Positions 35,692-44,686 of a stretch of 64,000 bases of DNA are shown piece by piece. This DNA comes from Candidatus Micrarchaeia archaeon. GTDB taxonomy: Archaea > Micrarchaeota > Micrarchaeia > Anstonellales > Anstonellaceae. Position numbers and translations under genes: made by a program. Location of the stretch: assembly GCA_041659465.1 (NCBI GenBank), contig JBAZYD010000009.1:4279-68278 (forward strand), given 5' to 3'. The notes under the pieces are model-generated. The model was not told the origin of the DNA. It saw only the letters and a program-made list of their open reading frames with translations, and made no database searches. The stretch's first letter is position 1; every line of letters starts with the position of its first letter.

Positions 35692-37248
35692 TCAAAGGAC
35701 GTCTTTCTTCACTTTTTCGATGCCGATTGCCTCCACGAGCTTGCCAAGCTTTGGCCCGCGCGGCTTGCCAAGAAGGCACAGGTAGCATTCCTCGAACATT
35801 TTCGCAGGGGGGATGCCCCTTTCCTTTGCAATGGAAAATGCAAGGTTGTGGATGTCAAGCGCAGGCACGCCATTCTCCAGCTTTCCGAAGAATGCCGCGG
35901 CGTTTTCGCCGGCTTTTTGCGGCTTGTAGGCAAATGCATATTCTTCCGGGATGAACTTCTTCTGCTCCCATGCCTCGATGTAGGGCTGGAGCTTCACCAC
36001 TGCGGATGCGTCGCCTGTTGTGGAAACAATCTGGTCCCAGCTCCACTGCAGGTTGCGGTAAAGTATGAGGTCGATGAACGGCGTCTTCCAGCCCCTGCCG
36101 CCTGCAGCGCCTTCGGACGAGAGCTTTGCCGCAAGCGCGCGCTTCCTGTCAGCGCGCGAGAGGGATTCGGATTTGCCGGATGAGAGGAGCGCAAGCGCGT
36201 TCTCATAGTCGCCGATTGCGCGAAGCACGTTTTCAGGCGTGGGGCTGATGTCCACGTTCTCCTGGATGTCCGGCTTGAGGAGCATGTACTTGAGCACCTC
36301 GGCAGGGATGAGCTCCATCAATTCCTTCACGCCCATGCCCGTGCCCTTGCTCTTGCTGTATTTCTTGCCTTCGAACAATATGAACCCGAACTTGTAGCCG
36401 ATTGGCGGCTCTTTCTTGAAGATTTCCTTGAAGACAGAAAGCAATGTGTCCCAGCTTCCGCCCCGTGTGTGGTGGTCCACGCCAGCCCCTTCCGCAGACG
36501 TGCCGAAATGGTCCATCCATGCAGGCCAGTGCAATCGCCAGGTGAATTTGTACTTGTGGTCCGATATTTTCGCCTTGCCGGTAAAGCCGCAGCCCTTTGC
36601 GTACTTCACGTCCCTGTCGCAGGCATATTCGTAGCTGTCGCCGTCATGGGAAACCACGCGCGTGGTGGAGACTTTGCCGCATTTTTCGCATACAGGCATT
36701 ATGGGGGACCACCAGCCAGGGAGGGAATCGCGAAGCGAGGATTTTGCAACGATTTCCCGCACCTTTGCCTCATTCTTCAGGAAGAGCTTGGCATACTTGT
36801 CCATTGCGCCGCCTGCGTAAAGCTCGTTCGCGCGCACTATCTCGGGCTTGACGCCGAACCTGTCCATTGCCGCCTTTGCGTCGGCAAGGAAATATTCGCC
36901 GAATGACGCTGTTTTGCCGGTCGGGTCGGGCACGTCGGTGAGCGGCTTGCCCAGGTGCGGCTCGAGCACCGCGCGGTACTGCTCGAAAACGGAGGGCACG
37001 CCGTCAAATGCATCGTAAATGTCCGCCACGAAGATGTATTTTGCCTCCTTCTCAGCATAGCGGAGCGAGTCCACTATTGCCTGGGGGAAAAGGAATTCGC
37101 ACACCGTGCCCAGGTGCGTGGGCCCCGACGTGGTCATGCCGCCGGAGATGACGTATGGCTCGCGCTTCTCAGCTATGATGCGCTGCGCAAGAAGCTCGGA
37201 CCAGTGGAGGGACTTCTTTGCCTCGTCATCGTTCTTTTCGTCTGCCAT
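35692..37248 (-). CDS. lysK: Lysyl-tRNA synthetase, class I
   Basis: ..ISGGMTTSGPTHLGTVCEF.. (HIGH-like), ..KYSKSKGTGM (KMSKS-like). Typical archaeal class I LysRS layout. Start at ATG 37248. Confidence 0.88.
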   Translation of the reverse strand: MADEKNDDEAKKSLHWSELLAQRIIAEKREPYVISGGMTTSGPTHLGTVCEFLFPQAIVDSLRYAEKEAKYIFVADIYDAFDGVPSVFEQYRAVLEPHLGKPLTDVPDPTGKTASFGEYFLADAKAAMDRFGVKPEIVRANELYAGGAMDKYAKLFLKNEAKVREIVAKSSLRDSLPGWWSPIMPVCEKCGKVSTTRVVSHDGDSYEYACDRDVKYAKGCGFTGKAKISDHKYKFTWRLHWPAWMDHFGTSAEGAGVDHHTRGGSWDTLLSVFKEIFKKEPPIGYKFGFILFEGKKYSKSKGTGMGVKELMELIPAEVLKYMLLKPDIQENVDISPTPENVLRAIGDYENALALLSSGKSESLSRADRKRALAAKLSSEGAAGGRGWKTPFIDLILYRNLQWSWDQIVSTTGDASAVVKLQPYIEAWEQKKFIPEEYAFAYKPQKAGENAAAFFGKLENGVPALDIHNLAFSIAKERGIPPAKMFEECYLCLLGKPRGPKLGKLVEAIGIEKVKKDVL

Positions 37249-37383
37249 GCGCTCACTTTGGGGGAAAGGATAAAAAAGAGTGACGTTTGCTGGTTTATCT
37301 GAGCATCCGCCCTTCGGGCGTCTGTTTAGGTTCGTGCGCTCACCTAAACATCCAGGCTTCGCCTGTCTGTTTCGCTTCATTCT

Positions 37384-38514
37384 TCAGCGAAACATCCCCT
37401 CGAAACCGCCCTTCTTGAAGTCCCCGTCGCCAAGGTCTGCAAGCGCTTTCTTCTGCTTGTCGCTCAAGTTGGTGGGCGTGCGCACGGTTACCCTGATGAG
37501 CTGGTCGCCTTTGCCCCTGCCGCGCACGTGCGGCATGCCTTCGCCTTTCAGGCGGAAAACCGTGTTTGTCTGCGTGCCTGCTGGGACTGTGAACTTTGCC
37601 TTGCCCGAAAGCGTGGGAACCTCTATCTCCGCGCCAAGCGCGGCCTGCGAGAAGCCGATTGGCGCCTCTATGAATATGTCGTCGCCTTCGCGCCTGAAAA
37701 CTGGGTGCGTCTTTACTGAGACAAATACGTACAAATCGCCGTCTGAAGCAGGGCCGTGCTCGCCCAGGCCTTCCAGCCTGAGCTGCGAGCCAGTGTCCAC
37801 GCCCGCGGGAATGTCCACCGAGAATTTTTCGTCCGTTTGCGCCATGCCGCTGCCCTCGCATGCCTTGCATGCCTTCGAGGGGCGCGCGCCTTTGCCATTG
37901 CATGCCGGGCAGATGCCAACGGAAGTGAAGCTTCCGAATGCGCCCATGCGGCGCACAGTCCTCACCTGCCCCTGGCCGCCGCATTTTGAGCATGTCGCGA
38001 CCTTGCTGCCCGGCTCTGCGCCGCTTCCCTTGCATGCGCTGCATTTCGCGTTGCGCCTGAATGCAAGCTCCTTTGAGGCGCCGTGCGCGGCCTCTTCCAG
38101 CGTGATGTGGAGGTCGTAGCGGAGGTCCGCGCCCTTGCCGCTCCTCCGCCTGTTGCCGCCCATGCCGCCGAACATGGAGGAGAATATCATGTCCTCGAAT
38201 GGCGAGCCGCCCCCGAACGAGAAGCCCGAGCCGCTGAAAATGTCGTCGAAGTTCGCATTCCTGAAGATGTCCTCCTGGGAGTAGCGCTGGTCAAACCCGG
38301 CATGCCCGTACTGGTCATAGGCCGCGCGCTTGTCCGAGTCGGAGAGCACCGCGTATGCCTCGGAGATTTCCTTGAAGCGGTCCTCCGCGCCAGCGTCCTT
38401 GTTCTTGTCAGGGTGGAATTTCATGGCAAGCGTGCGGTAGGCGTCCTTGAGCTGCTCCGCTGTTGCATTGCGCGCAACGCCGAGTATTTCGTAGTAATCC
38501 CGCTTGGCGGCCAT
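37384..38514 (-). CDS. dnaJ: Chaperone DnaJ
   Basis: J domain DYYEILGV...A....K.AYR.LA.KFHPDKN, G/F region, four CxxCxGxG zinc motifs. Confidence 0.95.
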   Translation of the reverse strand: MAAKRDYYEILGVARNATAEQLKDAYRTLAMKFHPDKNKDAGAEDRFKEISEAYAVLSDSDKRAAYDQYGHAGFDQRYSQEDIFRNANFDDIFSGSGFSFGGGSPFEDMIFSSMFGGMGGNRRRSGKGADLRYDLHITLEEAAHGASKELAFRRNAKCSACKGSGAEPGSKVATCSKCGGQGQVRTVRRMGAFGSFTSVGICPACNGKGARPSKACKACEGSGMAQTDEKFSVDIPAGVDTGSQLRLEGLGEHGPASDGDLYVFVSVKTHPVFRREGDDIFIEAPIGFSQAALGAEIEVPTLSGKAKFTVPAGTQTNTVFRLKGEGMPHVRGRGKGDQLIRVTVRTPTNLSDKQKKALADLGDGDFKKGGFEGMFR

Positions 38515-38562
38515 GGTCTTGCCTCTAGTGGACGTAGTGCTATTATACGCGCATTTAAGTTT

Positions 38563-38586
38563 ATAAATGTTAATACGGTGTTAACA
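38563..38586 (-). promoter_or_regulatory. Candidate heat-shock operator/promoter element (copy at dnaJ)
   Basis: Plus strand ataaatgttaatacggtgttaaca, 22/24 identical to 50546-50569. It lies 49-72 nt upstream of the dnaJ ATG. Confidence 0.6.
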
Positions 38587-38623
38587 GGTAAACGCTGTTC
38601 GCGCCACCATCGCCACGCGCCTG

Positions 38624-39268
38624 CTACTGCGCCTCGATGCCCTCGAGTATTTTCCTTTTCAGCCCGACAACCGGATAGACGATAAGGAGGTAGAACACTG
38701 GCACCAGCACAAGGCCCTGGAGGATGCCGTAATCCATGACCATGCGCGTGTATGTGGATGTCTGGGGAACGAACGTGATAGTGCCGGATATGTTTGAGTC
38801 TGAGCTGATTTGAATCTGGCTGAGCTTCCACTCATATGAATACTGCCCGCCCAGGACGATTTGCGTGCAGTTCGTGGAAAACGGCCGGACGCCCACGCTG
38901 GTCTGGTTGTTGAAGACGACATCCCACCTGTAGTTCGGGGTTGTTGTGGAATTGTCAGGCAGTATGACAGTGCTCCCGTTGTCCGCAAAGCATATTGTGG
39001 GCGAGCCGTGGTTGACAAACGGGGGGAAATCCAGGTATTCTGCAAGCGGGAACAGGGAGTTTATCTTGTTTGTGACAAAGGAATCCGCGCCGTTGTGCAC
39101 GAATGCGTAGGTCACTGCCCGCGGCGAGCCGCCCTGCGCGTCGTTTGGCGTGTTGAGCTCCTGCCCCACGATGTATTGCGTGTGCGGAAGCACAAGGGCG
39201 CCAAGCATGAAAGGCAATAGCACGAGCAGGGCAAACCTCAATGCATAGGAAATGAATTTGCGGTCCAT
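38624..39268 (-). CDS. Hypothetical membrane-anchored extracytoplasmic protein
   Basis: N-terminal TM (ALRFALLVLLPFMLGALVL) and C-terminal TM (LVLVPVFYLLIVYPVV). Start at ATG 39268. Confidence 0.55.
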   Translation of the reverse strand: MDRKFISYALRFALLVLLPFMLGALVLPHTQYIVGQELNTPNDAQGGSPRAVTYAFVHNGADSFVTNKINSLFPLAEYLDFPPFVNHGSPTICFADNGSTVILPDNSTTTPNYRWDVVFNNQTSVGVRPFSTNCTQIVLGGQYSYEWKLSQIQISSDSNISGTITFVPQTSTYTRMVMDYGILQGLVLVPVFYLLIVYPVVGLKRKILEGIEAQ

Positions 39269-39359
39269 GATATTACCTATTATTACCCGTCGCCAATTCC
39301 TTATAATCCTATTCCGCAGCCAGCGTGCCAGCCGCATCCTGCGCCATCGCAGGGGCGCC

Positions 39360-39800
39360 TTACTCTGCGACAAGCACGCCCCTGCACATGTTCATGCCGC
39401 AGTGGTAGGGGTAATTGCCAGGCGTCGGGGGCGTGAATGTGGCATCCACTGCCTGCCCGTTCCTTGAGACGAGCTGCACCCCCACCCTGTCGATGAGAAG
39501 CTGCGCGCAGCAGCCGGCGTTGTTCGCGGTGAATGTGAAGTGCACGGGCACGCCCGCCTTTACGCGTATCTCGTTCTTGTCATAGCCCGAGCCAGTGGCA
39601 GTGAGGGAGACTTCCTGCGTTGCGCCCGAGCCAGGAGGCGCGCCGCCCGCCCCGCCTTGCGGCGGCTCGTAGGTCGGCTTTGCATTTTCATCTATCGGGT
39701 GCGAGCTTATGCCCTGCGCATTGCTGCCCATCAGCATGAAGCCGAAAAATGCAATTGCTATTACAACTGCCGCGCCAAACATTAGTTTTTCATTTCCCAT
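39360..39800 (-). CDS. Cupredoxin-like domain protein (membrane anchored)
   Basis: ..EIRVKAGVPVHFTFTANNAGCC....GNYPYHCGMNMCRG. Paralogue of 42824-43408. GGTGG RBS. Confidence 0.7.
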   Translation of the reverse strand: MGNEKLMFGAAVVIAIAFFGFMLMGSNAQGISSHPIDENAKPTYEPPQGGAGGAPPGSGATQEVSLTATGSGYDKNEIRVKAGVPVHFTFTANNAGCCAQLLIDRVGVQLVSRNGQAVDATFTPPTPGNYPYHCGMNMCRGVLVAE

Positions 39801-39810
39801 TTTACCACCC

Positions 39811-40587
39811 TTATTGCCCGGAATACTTGCAGTCCGCAGAGACAATGTGCATCATGTCAAGCGGCGTGTTGGTCTTTTCAAGCACAGCCGCAACCACCAC
39901 GTCGTTGCCGAAGAAGCCGCTTATCTGGTCGCCAGGCTTTGTGAACTCCTTTTCGGAGCGCATTGCCGCAGCCTCGTCAGCTCCGAATGCCATTGGGCAT
40001 AGGCGCTTGCCATAAATGTCCCTTGCCTTGAAATCATTCATGCTGCCCTCAGCAATCTTCAGCTTCATGGGCGGCGGCGAGTTTTCATTGTAAACCATGA
40101 ACATCCCCGGCCCGTCATCCTCCGCAAGCGCGAAAATGAGCTTGCTTCCATTTATCTTGTCAAACTGAGGCTTGGAGAGGAAGTGGAACATGTCAAGCGG
40201 TGCGCCCGTCTTGCCAAGTATGCCCTCTACAGTGGTGTCTATGCCGAAGAAGCCCTTGAGGGAATCGCCTGGCTTTGAGAAAAGGGATTCCCCGCGCATC
40301 ATTGCCGCCTCTGAGGCGCCAACCACCATGCTGTTGTCTTCAGGGATGGGGTTGCCCTCTGACGCAGAAAGCTTGGCAAGCGCGTTGTTGGGGGCGAGGG
40401 CGAAAATCTTCAGGTTCCCGTCCGCAAAGCCTGCCTTGTACTCCGCGGCTGTATAGAATGACGCGTCGGATTTTGCCATGCCGGAGCTTCCGCCGTATGC
40501 AAAATACGCGCCTGTCCCCAGCAGCATCACCGCCAGCGCGAAGATTGCCGGGTACTTGTTTTCCGAAATGAAAGAGATTATTCCCAT
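39811..40587 (-). CDS. Hypothetical membrane-anchored protein with two ~50-aa internal repeats
   Basis: VVGASEAAMMRGESLFSKPGDSLKGFFGIDTTVEGILGKTGAPLDMFHFLS versus AFGADEAAAMRSEKEFTKPGDQISGFFGNDVVVAAVLEKTNTPLDMMHIVS. Confidence 0.6.
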   Translation of the reverse strand: MGIISFISENKYPAIFALAVMLLGTGAYFAYGGSSGMAKSDASFYTAAEYKAGFADGNLKIFALAPNNALAKLSASEGNPIPEDNSMVVGASEAAMMRGESLFSKPGDSLKGFFGIDTTVEGILGKTGAPLDMFHFLSKPQFDKINGSKLIFALAEDDGPGMFMVYNENSPPPMKLKIAEGSMNDFKARDIYGKRLCPMAFGADEAAAMRSEKEFTKPGDQISGFFGNDVVVAAVLEKTNTPLDMMHIVSADCKYSGQ

Positions 40588-40598
40588 CAAAAACACCC

Positions 40599-42761
40599 CT
40601 ATAATTTTATCCACCTAAGCGTGAGCGCGTTTGTCACCACTGACACGCTTGACATCGCCATTGCCCCGCCAGCCATTATGGGCGAGAGAAGGATGCCATA
40701 CGTTGTGTAGAGCAGCCCTGCGGCAATAGGTATGCCCACCACGTTGTAGATTAGCGCCCAGAACATGTTCTGCTTTATCTTGTTCATGGTTGCCCTGCCA
40801 AGCTTGATGGCGCGGGCAACATCCTGCGGGTCCGAGCGCATGAGCACCACGCTTCCGGATTCCATGGCAACGTCCGTGCCTGAGCCCATTGCGATGCCGA
40901 TGTCGGCCTGCGCAAGCGCCGGCGCGTCGTTCACGCCGTCGCCCACCATGACCACGTGCTTGCCTTGCGCCTGCAGTTTGCGCACATAATCCGCCTTCTG
41001 CTCGGGCAGCACGCGCGCAAAGTAGGAGCCTATGCCTGCCTTTTGCGCAATCGCCTTGGCTGTAAGCTCGTTGTCCCCTGTGAGGAGATAACTAACAATT
41101 CCGAGTTTTTTGAGGTCGGAAACCGCCGCGACGGAAGTGGGCTTCACGTCGTCGGCAACCGCGATTATGCCGAGCAGTTGCTTTCCCTTGCCTACAAACA
41201 TCGCGGTCTTGCCCTGCGCCTCAAGCGCCTCGGCGGCTGTTGCCACCTTGCCGCTTTGCTCGCCGAACATCCTGAAGCTGCCGATGCTGTACGTCGCCGC
41301 CCCAATCTTTGCGCTCACGCCCTTGCCCGCGTGCGCCTTGAATGCGCCCACCTTGGCAAGCTTTATCCCGCGCGTCTTTGCCTCGTTCACGATGGCGTCG
41401 GCAAGCGGGTGCTCGGACGGTTTTTCAAGCGATGCGGCAATGAAAAGCAAGGTGTCGGCAGGCACATTCAGGAGAGGCACCACGTCTGTGACTTTTGGCT
41501 TGCCCATTGTGATGGTGCCGGTCTTGTCGAATATCACCGCATTCACCTTGTGCATGGTCTCAAGCGACTCGGCGTTCTTTATCAGTATCCCCTTCTGCGC
41601 GCCAATGCCTGTGCCCACCATTATGGTGGTCGGCGTGGCAAGCCCTAGCGCGCATGGGCAGGCAATCACGAGCACCGAGACTGCAAGGATGAGCGCAAAT
41701 GAGAATGCCTGTGCTGCGATGAAGTACCAATAAACGAATGTGAGCGCTGCGATTACTATAACAACAGGCACGAAATATGCGCTCACCGTGTCAGCGAACC
41801 GCTGGATGGGCGCGCGGCTGCCCTGCGCCTCCTCCACCAGCTTCACAATCCTCGCAAGCGTGGTTTCCGCGCCCACTTTGGACGCCTTGAAGGTGAAGCT
41901 TCCGTGCTTGTTTATGGAGCCGGCAATCACCATGCTCCCTTTTGTCTTTTCCACAGGGATGGATTCGCCTCTCACCAGCGACTCGTCCACTGCGGAATCG
42001 CCTTCCGTCACAATGCCGTCCACAGGTATGCGCTCGCCTGGCTTCACCACCACCCTGTCGCCCACGAGCACTTCAGACGAGGGGATTTCAAGCTCCTTTC
42101 CGTTGCGGATGACGTGCGCCATCTTTGGCGAGAGGTCCATGAGCTTTTTTATCGCCTCGCTTGTCCTGCCCTTTGCCACAGCTTCAAGGTATTTTCCAAG
42201 TATGACCAGCGTGATGAGCGATGCCGATACCTCGAAATACTGCTCGGACACCAGCCCGAAAAGCGCGGCAAGCGAGTAGAAATAGGCCGCGCTTGTGCCC
42301 ACTGCGATGAGGGTGTCCATGGATGCCGTGCGGTTCCTGGCGGCTGCGAAGGCGCCGCGGTAAAAGTCCGCGCCGATTATGAACTGCACCGGCGTGGAAA
42401 GCAGGAAGAGGAGAAGGATGCGATAGGGGAAGTCCATGAGGAACATGCCAAGCGCTACCGCCGGGATGGCAAGGATGGCGCCTGAAACCAGCTTGAGCTT
42501 GAGCGCCGATATTTCATGCGCGCGCTCATTTTTCTCGCGCTGCGCGTCAAACCCTGCCGAAGCAGAGTAGCCCAGTGACTTTACCCGCTCGATTATCTTT
42601 TCTGCGCTTTGCTGCGACTCGTCGTATTCCACCTGCGCGCGCGCCGCAGCGTAGTTGACGTTGGCGGATTTCACGCCCGGGAGGCGCGAGACGCCTTTTG
42701 TGATGAGCGCGGCACAGCTGGCGCAGTGCATGCCGTTTATGGTAAAGTCCTCTTTTTTCAT
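40599..42761 (-). CDS. copA: Copper-translocating P1B-type ATPase
   Basis: N-terminal HMA GMHCASC, CPC in TM6 (ACPCALGLATP), DKTGTIT, GDGVNDAPAL. Start trimmed to ATG 42761. Confidence 0.93.
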   Translation of the reverse strand: MKKEDFTINGMHCASCAALITKGVSRLPGVKSANVNYAAARAQVEYDESQQSAEKIIERVKSLGYSASAGFDAQREKNERAHEISALKLKLVSGAILAIPAVALGMFLMDFPYRILLLFLLSTPVQFIIGADFYRGAFAAARNRTASMDTLIAVGTSAAYFYSLAALFGLVSEQYFEVSASLITLVILGKYLEAVAKGRTSEAIKKLMDLSPKMAHVIRNGKELEIPSSEVLVGDRVVVKPGERIPVDGIVTEGDSAVDESLVRGESIPVEKTKGSMVIAGSINKHGSFTFKASKVGAETTLARIVKLVEEAQGSRAPIQRFADTVSAYFVPVVIVIAALTFVYWYFIAAQAFSFALILAVSVLVIACPCALGLATPTTIMVGTGIGAQKGILIKNAESLETMHKVNAVIFDKTGTITMGKPKVTDVVPLLNVPADTLLFIAASLEKPSEHPLADAIVNEAKTRGIKLAKVGAFKAHAGKGVSAKIGAATYSIGSFRMFGEQSGKVATAAEALEAQGKTAMFVGKGKQLLGIIAVADDVKPTSVAAVSDLKKLGIVSYLLTGDNELTAKAIAQKAGIGSYFARVLPEQKADYVRKLQAQGKHVVMVGDGVNDAPALAQADIGIAMGSGTDVAMESGSVVLMRSDPQDVARAIKLGRATMNKIKQNMFWALIYNVVGIPIAAGLLYTTYGILLSPIMAGGAMAMSSVSVVTNALTLRWIKL

Positions 42762-42823
42762 GAAATCCCCCTCTGCCCTAACATCGCATTGCCCATTTCT
42801 TATCGTGCCACGAACCAAATCAT

Positions 42824-43408
42824 TCATCCGCCGCAGCCGCAGCCGCCACCTGAGCCGCCGCATGAGCCCGCTGCCGCCTTTGGCGCATTGCCTGTGAATG
42901 CTGCCACCGAGCCGTCGGCTTCCTCCACCACTATGGTGCCGCGGTACATGCCCATGGAGCATGAGAAACTGAAAGTGCCTGATTGCTGAGGCGTGAATTC
43001 TATCACGTTGTCATTCGCGCTCAGCACTTTCCTCACCCCGAAGTCAGGCATCACTATGCTTTTCGAGCAGCCAGGCATGCTATTGATGTCTGCCACCAGC
43101 TTTACGGGAATCCCCTTTTTCACGCGGATGGGATTGGGATAGTAATTTGCGCCCTGAACGGAAAGGGTTACTTGCTGCACCCCTCCCTGCACTGCCGCAA
43201 GCGCGCCTGCCTGCTGCTGCCCCCCGGCCTGCTGCGCTCCGGATGGAGCCGCTGCCAATTGGGCTGCCCTTGCCCCTCCGCAGGAGGTTGCAGACAGCTG
43301 GCCCTGCTGCGCATAGACTGGCGACACCAGGGCGCCGAACGCCATGAAGGCGAACGCCCCTACCACCACTGCCACGACCAATGCCCAGAATATTTTCTCG
43401 GTTTCCAT
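42824..43408 (-). CDS. Cupredoxin-like domain protein with a Cys/Gly-rich C-terminal tail
   Basis: ..PIRVKKGIPVKLVADINSMPGCS...SGTFSFSCSMGMYRG.., tail GSCGGSGGGCGCGG. Confidence 0.7.
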   Translation of the reverse strand: METEKIFWALVVAVVVGAFAFMAFGALVSPVYAQQGQLSATSCGGARAAQLAAAPSGAQQAGGQQQAGALAAVQGGVQQVTLSVQGANYYPNPIRVKKGIPVKLVADINSMPGCSKSIVMPDFGVRKVLSANDNVIEFTPQQSGTFSFSCSMGMYRGTIVVEEADGSVAAFTGNAPKAAAGSCGGSGGGCGCGG

Positions 43409-43417
43409 ATTATCACC

Positions 43418-44317
43418 TCAATATGCCAGCCCGCTTGCAAAATGCGGCGCAAACAGGATCACTGCCACTGTCAATGCCAGGAGAACAAGGGCAAGGGCAA
43501 AGAAGTTCAATGGCTGCATGAACTTCACCTCGCCGCGCTTTCCTGCATAATAGTATATCATGTATTTCAGGCCTGCGAGCACAAGCAGGTTGGAAGCCAC
43601 GAACAGCGGCATGAACTCGCCTAGGTGGTCAAACTGCATCATCACCGTGAGCATGGCGCCCATGGTGCCACCCATTATCCCGGCCATCAGCCCCTCCATT
43701 GCGCCCATTATGCCGCATGCCTTGCCGACGTAATAACCGAGTGCCATGCCGATAAGCATGCCAAACACGCTGCCCACGAACATCCCGTTCGTGGCACCCA
43801 CTATGGCGCCGAAAAGGAAGCCTGCGGACATCCCGACAGTCATGCCCACCATCATGCCTTCCATGCAGTTGAAGTGCGACTTGTACGCGCGCGCAAGAGC
43901 GACCGCCCCGCCCACAGCCACAGCAGAAAGTGCGGAATAGACCATGTAAAGCGCGTATTTGTTCGGCGTGCCGAAAACAAAGTAAAGCGCGGCGCAGAGA
44001 ATGAAAAAGGATGCTACGGAGTATGTGAAGCACTCGCGGAGAGCCTTTGTGGCTGGCTTTCCTGCAATGAAGTCCGACATGAATGTGGAAAGCTGCTTCT
44101 CAAGCGGCGTGCTGGGAGGGAGCTCGTCAAGGGAATAGCCCGCCTTTTCTATTGCAGATTCGATTATGGACTTGTCGCCATCATAATCTATTATTGCAAA
44201 ACCCTTGCTGGCACTGATTTCTTTCACGCTTGCGCCTGCTTTCTCGACTGCGCGCGTGATGAGCTTCTCGCACGTCTCGCAGGTCATTCCGCTTATCGCT
44301 ATTTTTTCGGTTTTCAT
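43418..44317 (-). CDS. HMA-domain protein fused to a Gly/Met-rich polytopic membrane domain
   Basis: N-terminus ISGMTCETCEKLITRAVEKAG (MxCxxC), then MEGMMVGMTVGMSAGFLFGAIVGATNGMFVGSVFGMLIGMALGYYVGKACGIMGAMEGLMAGIMGGTMGAML. Confidence 0.7.
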   Translation of the reverse strand: MKTEKIAISGMTCETCEKLITRAVEKAGASVKEISASKGFAIIDYDGDKSIIESAIEKAGYSLDELPPSTPLEKQLSTFMSDFIAGKPATKALRECFTYSVASFFILCAALYFVFGTPNKYALYMVYSALSAVAVGGAVALARAYKSHFNCMEGMMVGMTVGMSAGFLFGAIVGATNGMFVGSVFGMLIGMALGYYVGKACGIMGAMEGLMAGIMGGTMGAMLTVMMQFDHLGEFMPLFVASNLLVLAGLKYMIYYYAGKRGEVKFMQPLNFFALALVLLALTVAVILFAPHFASGLAY

Positions 44318-44326
44318 GTCAACACC

Positions 44327-44536
44327 CTATTCTGCCTTGTAGCCTGCGCCGGCAATTGCTTTCTTCACCGCGCCTGCGTCTATTTTGTCCCCTTCAACGT
44401 CCACTGTTCCTTTTTTCCAGTCTGCCTTCACCGACTTGACGCCGGCTATGTCGCCTATGTCCATCTGCAGCAGCTTCTCGCATGAAGGGCAGTGCATGCC
44501 CTTTACCTTGAATGTTTGCTTCGCCATATTAGCCAC
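44327..44536 (-). CDS. copZ: Copper chaperone, HMA domain
   Basis: 69 aa, VKGMHCPSCEKLL. Confidence 0.85.
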   Translation of the reverse strand: MANMAKQTFKVKGMHCPSCEKLLQMDIGDIAGVKSVKADWKKGTVDVEGDKIDAGAVKKAIAGAGYKAE

Positions 44537-44651
44537 CTCACCCGATAAATTTGCAAGCAGCCCTGATTTAAAGCAGGTTACCCGCTCGCGGGGCAGCTGC
44601 CTTGCGGCTCACAGTCTATGCCGCAACAGCAACGCTTAATTAATATACCCT

Positions 44652-44685
44652 TGAAACTAGTTTCAGGCTGTGAAACGGGTGAAAC
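44652..44685 (+). promoter_or_regulatory. Candidate operator: perfect palindrome TGAAACTAGTTTCA plus two further TGAAAC half-sites
   Basis: Lies between the TATA-like ttaattaatata (44637-44648) and ATG 44687, in the divergent copZ/regulator intergenic region. Confidence 0.55.
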
Positions 44686-44686
44686 A

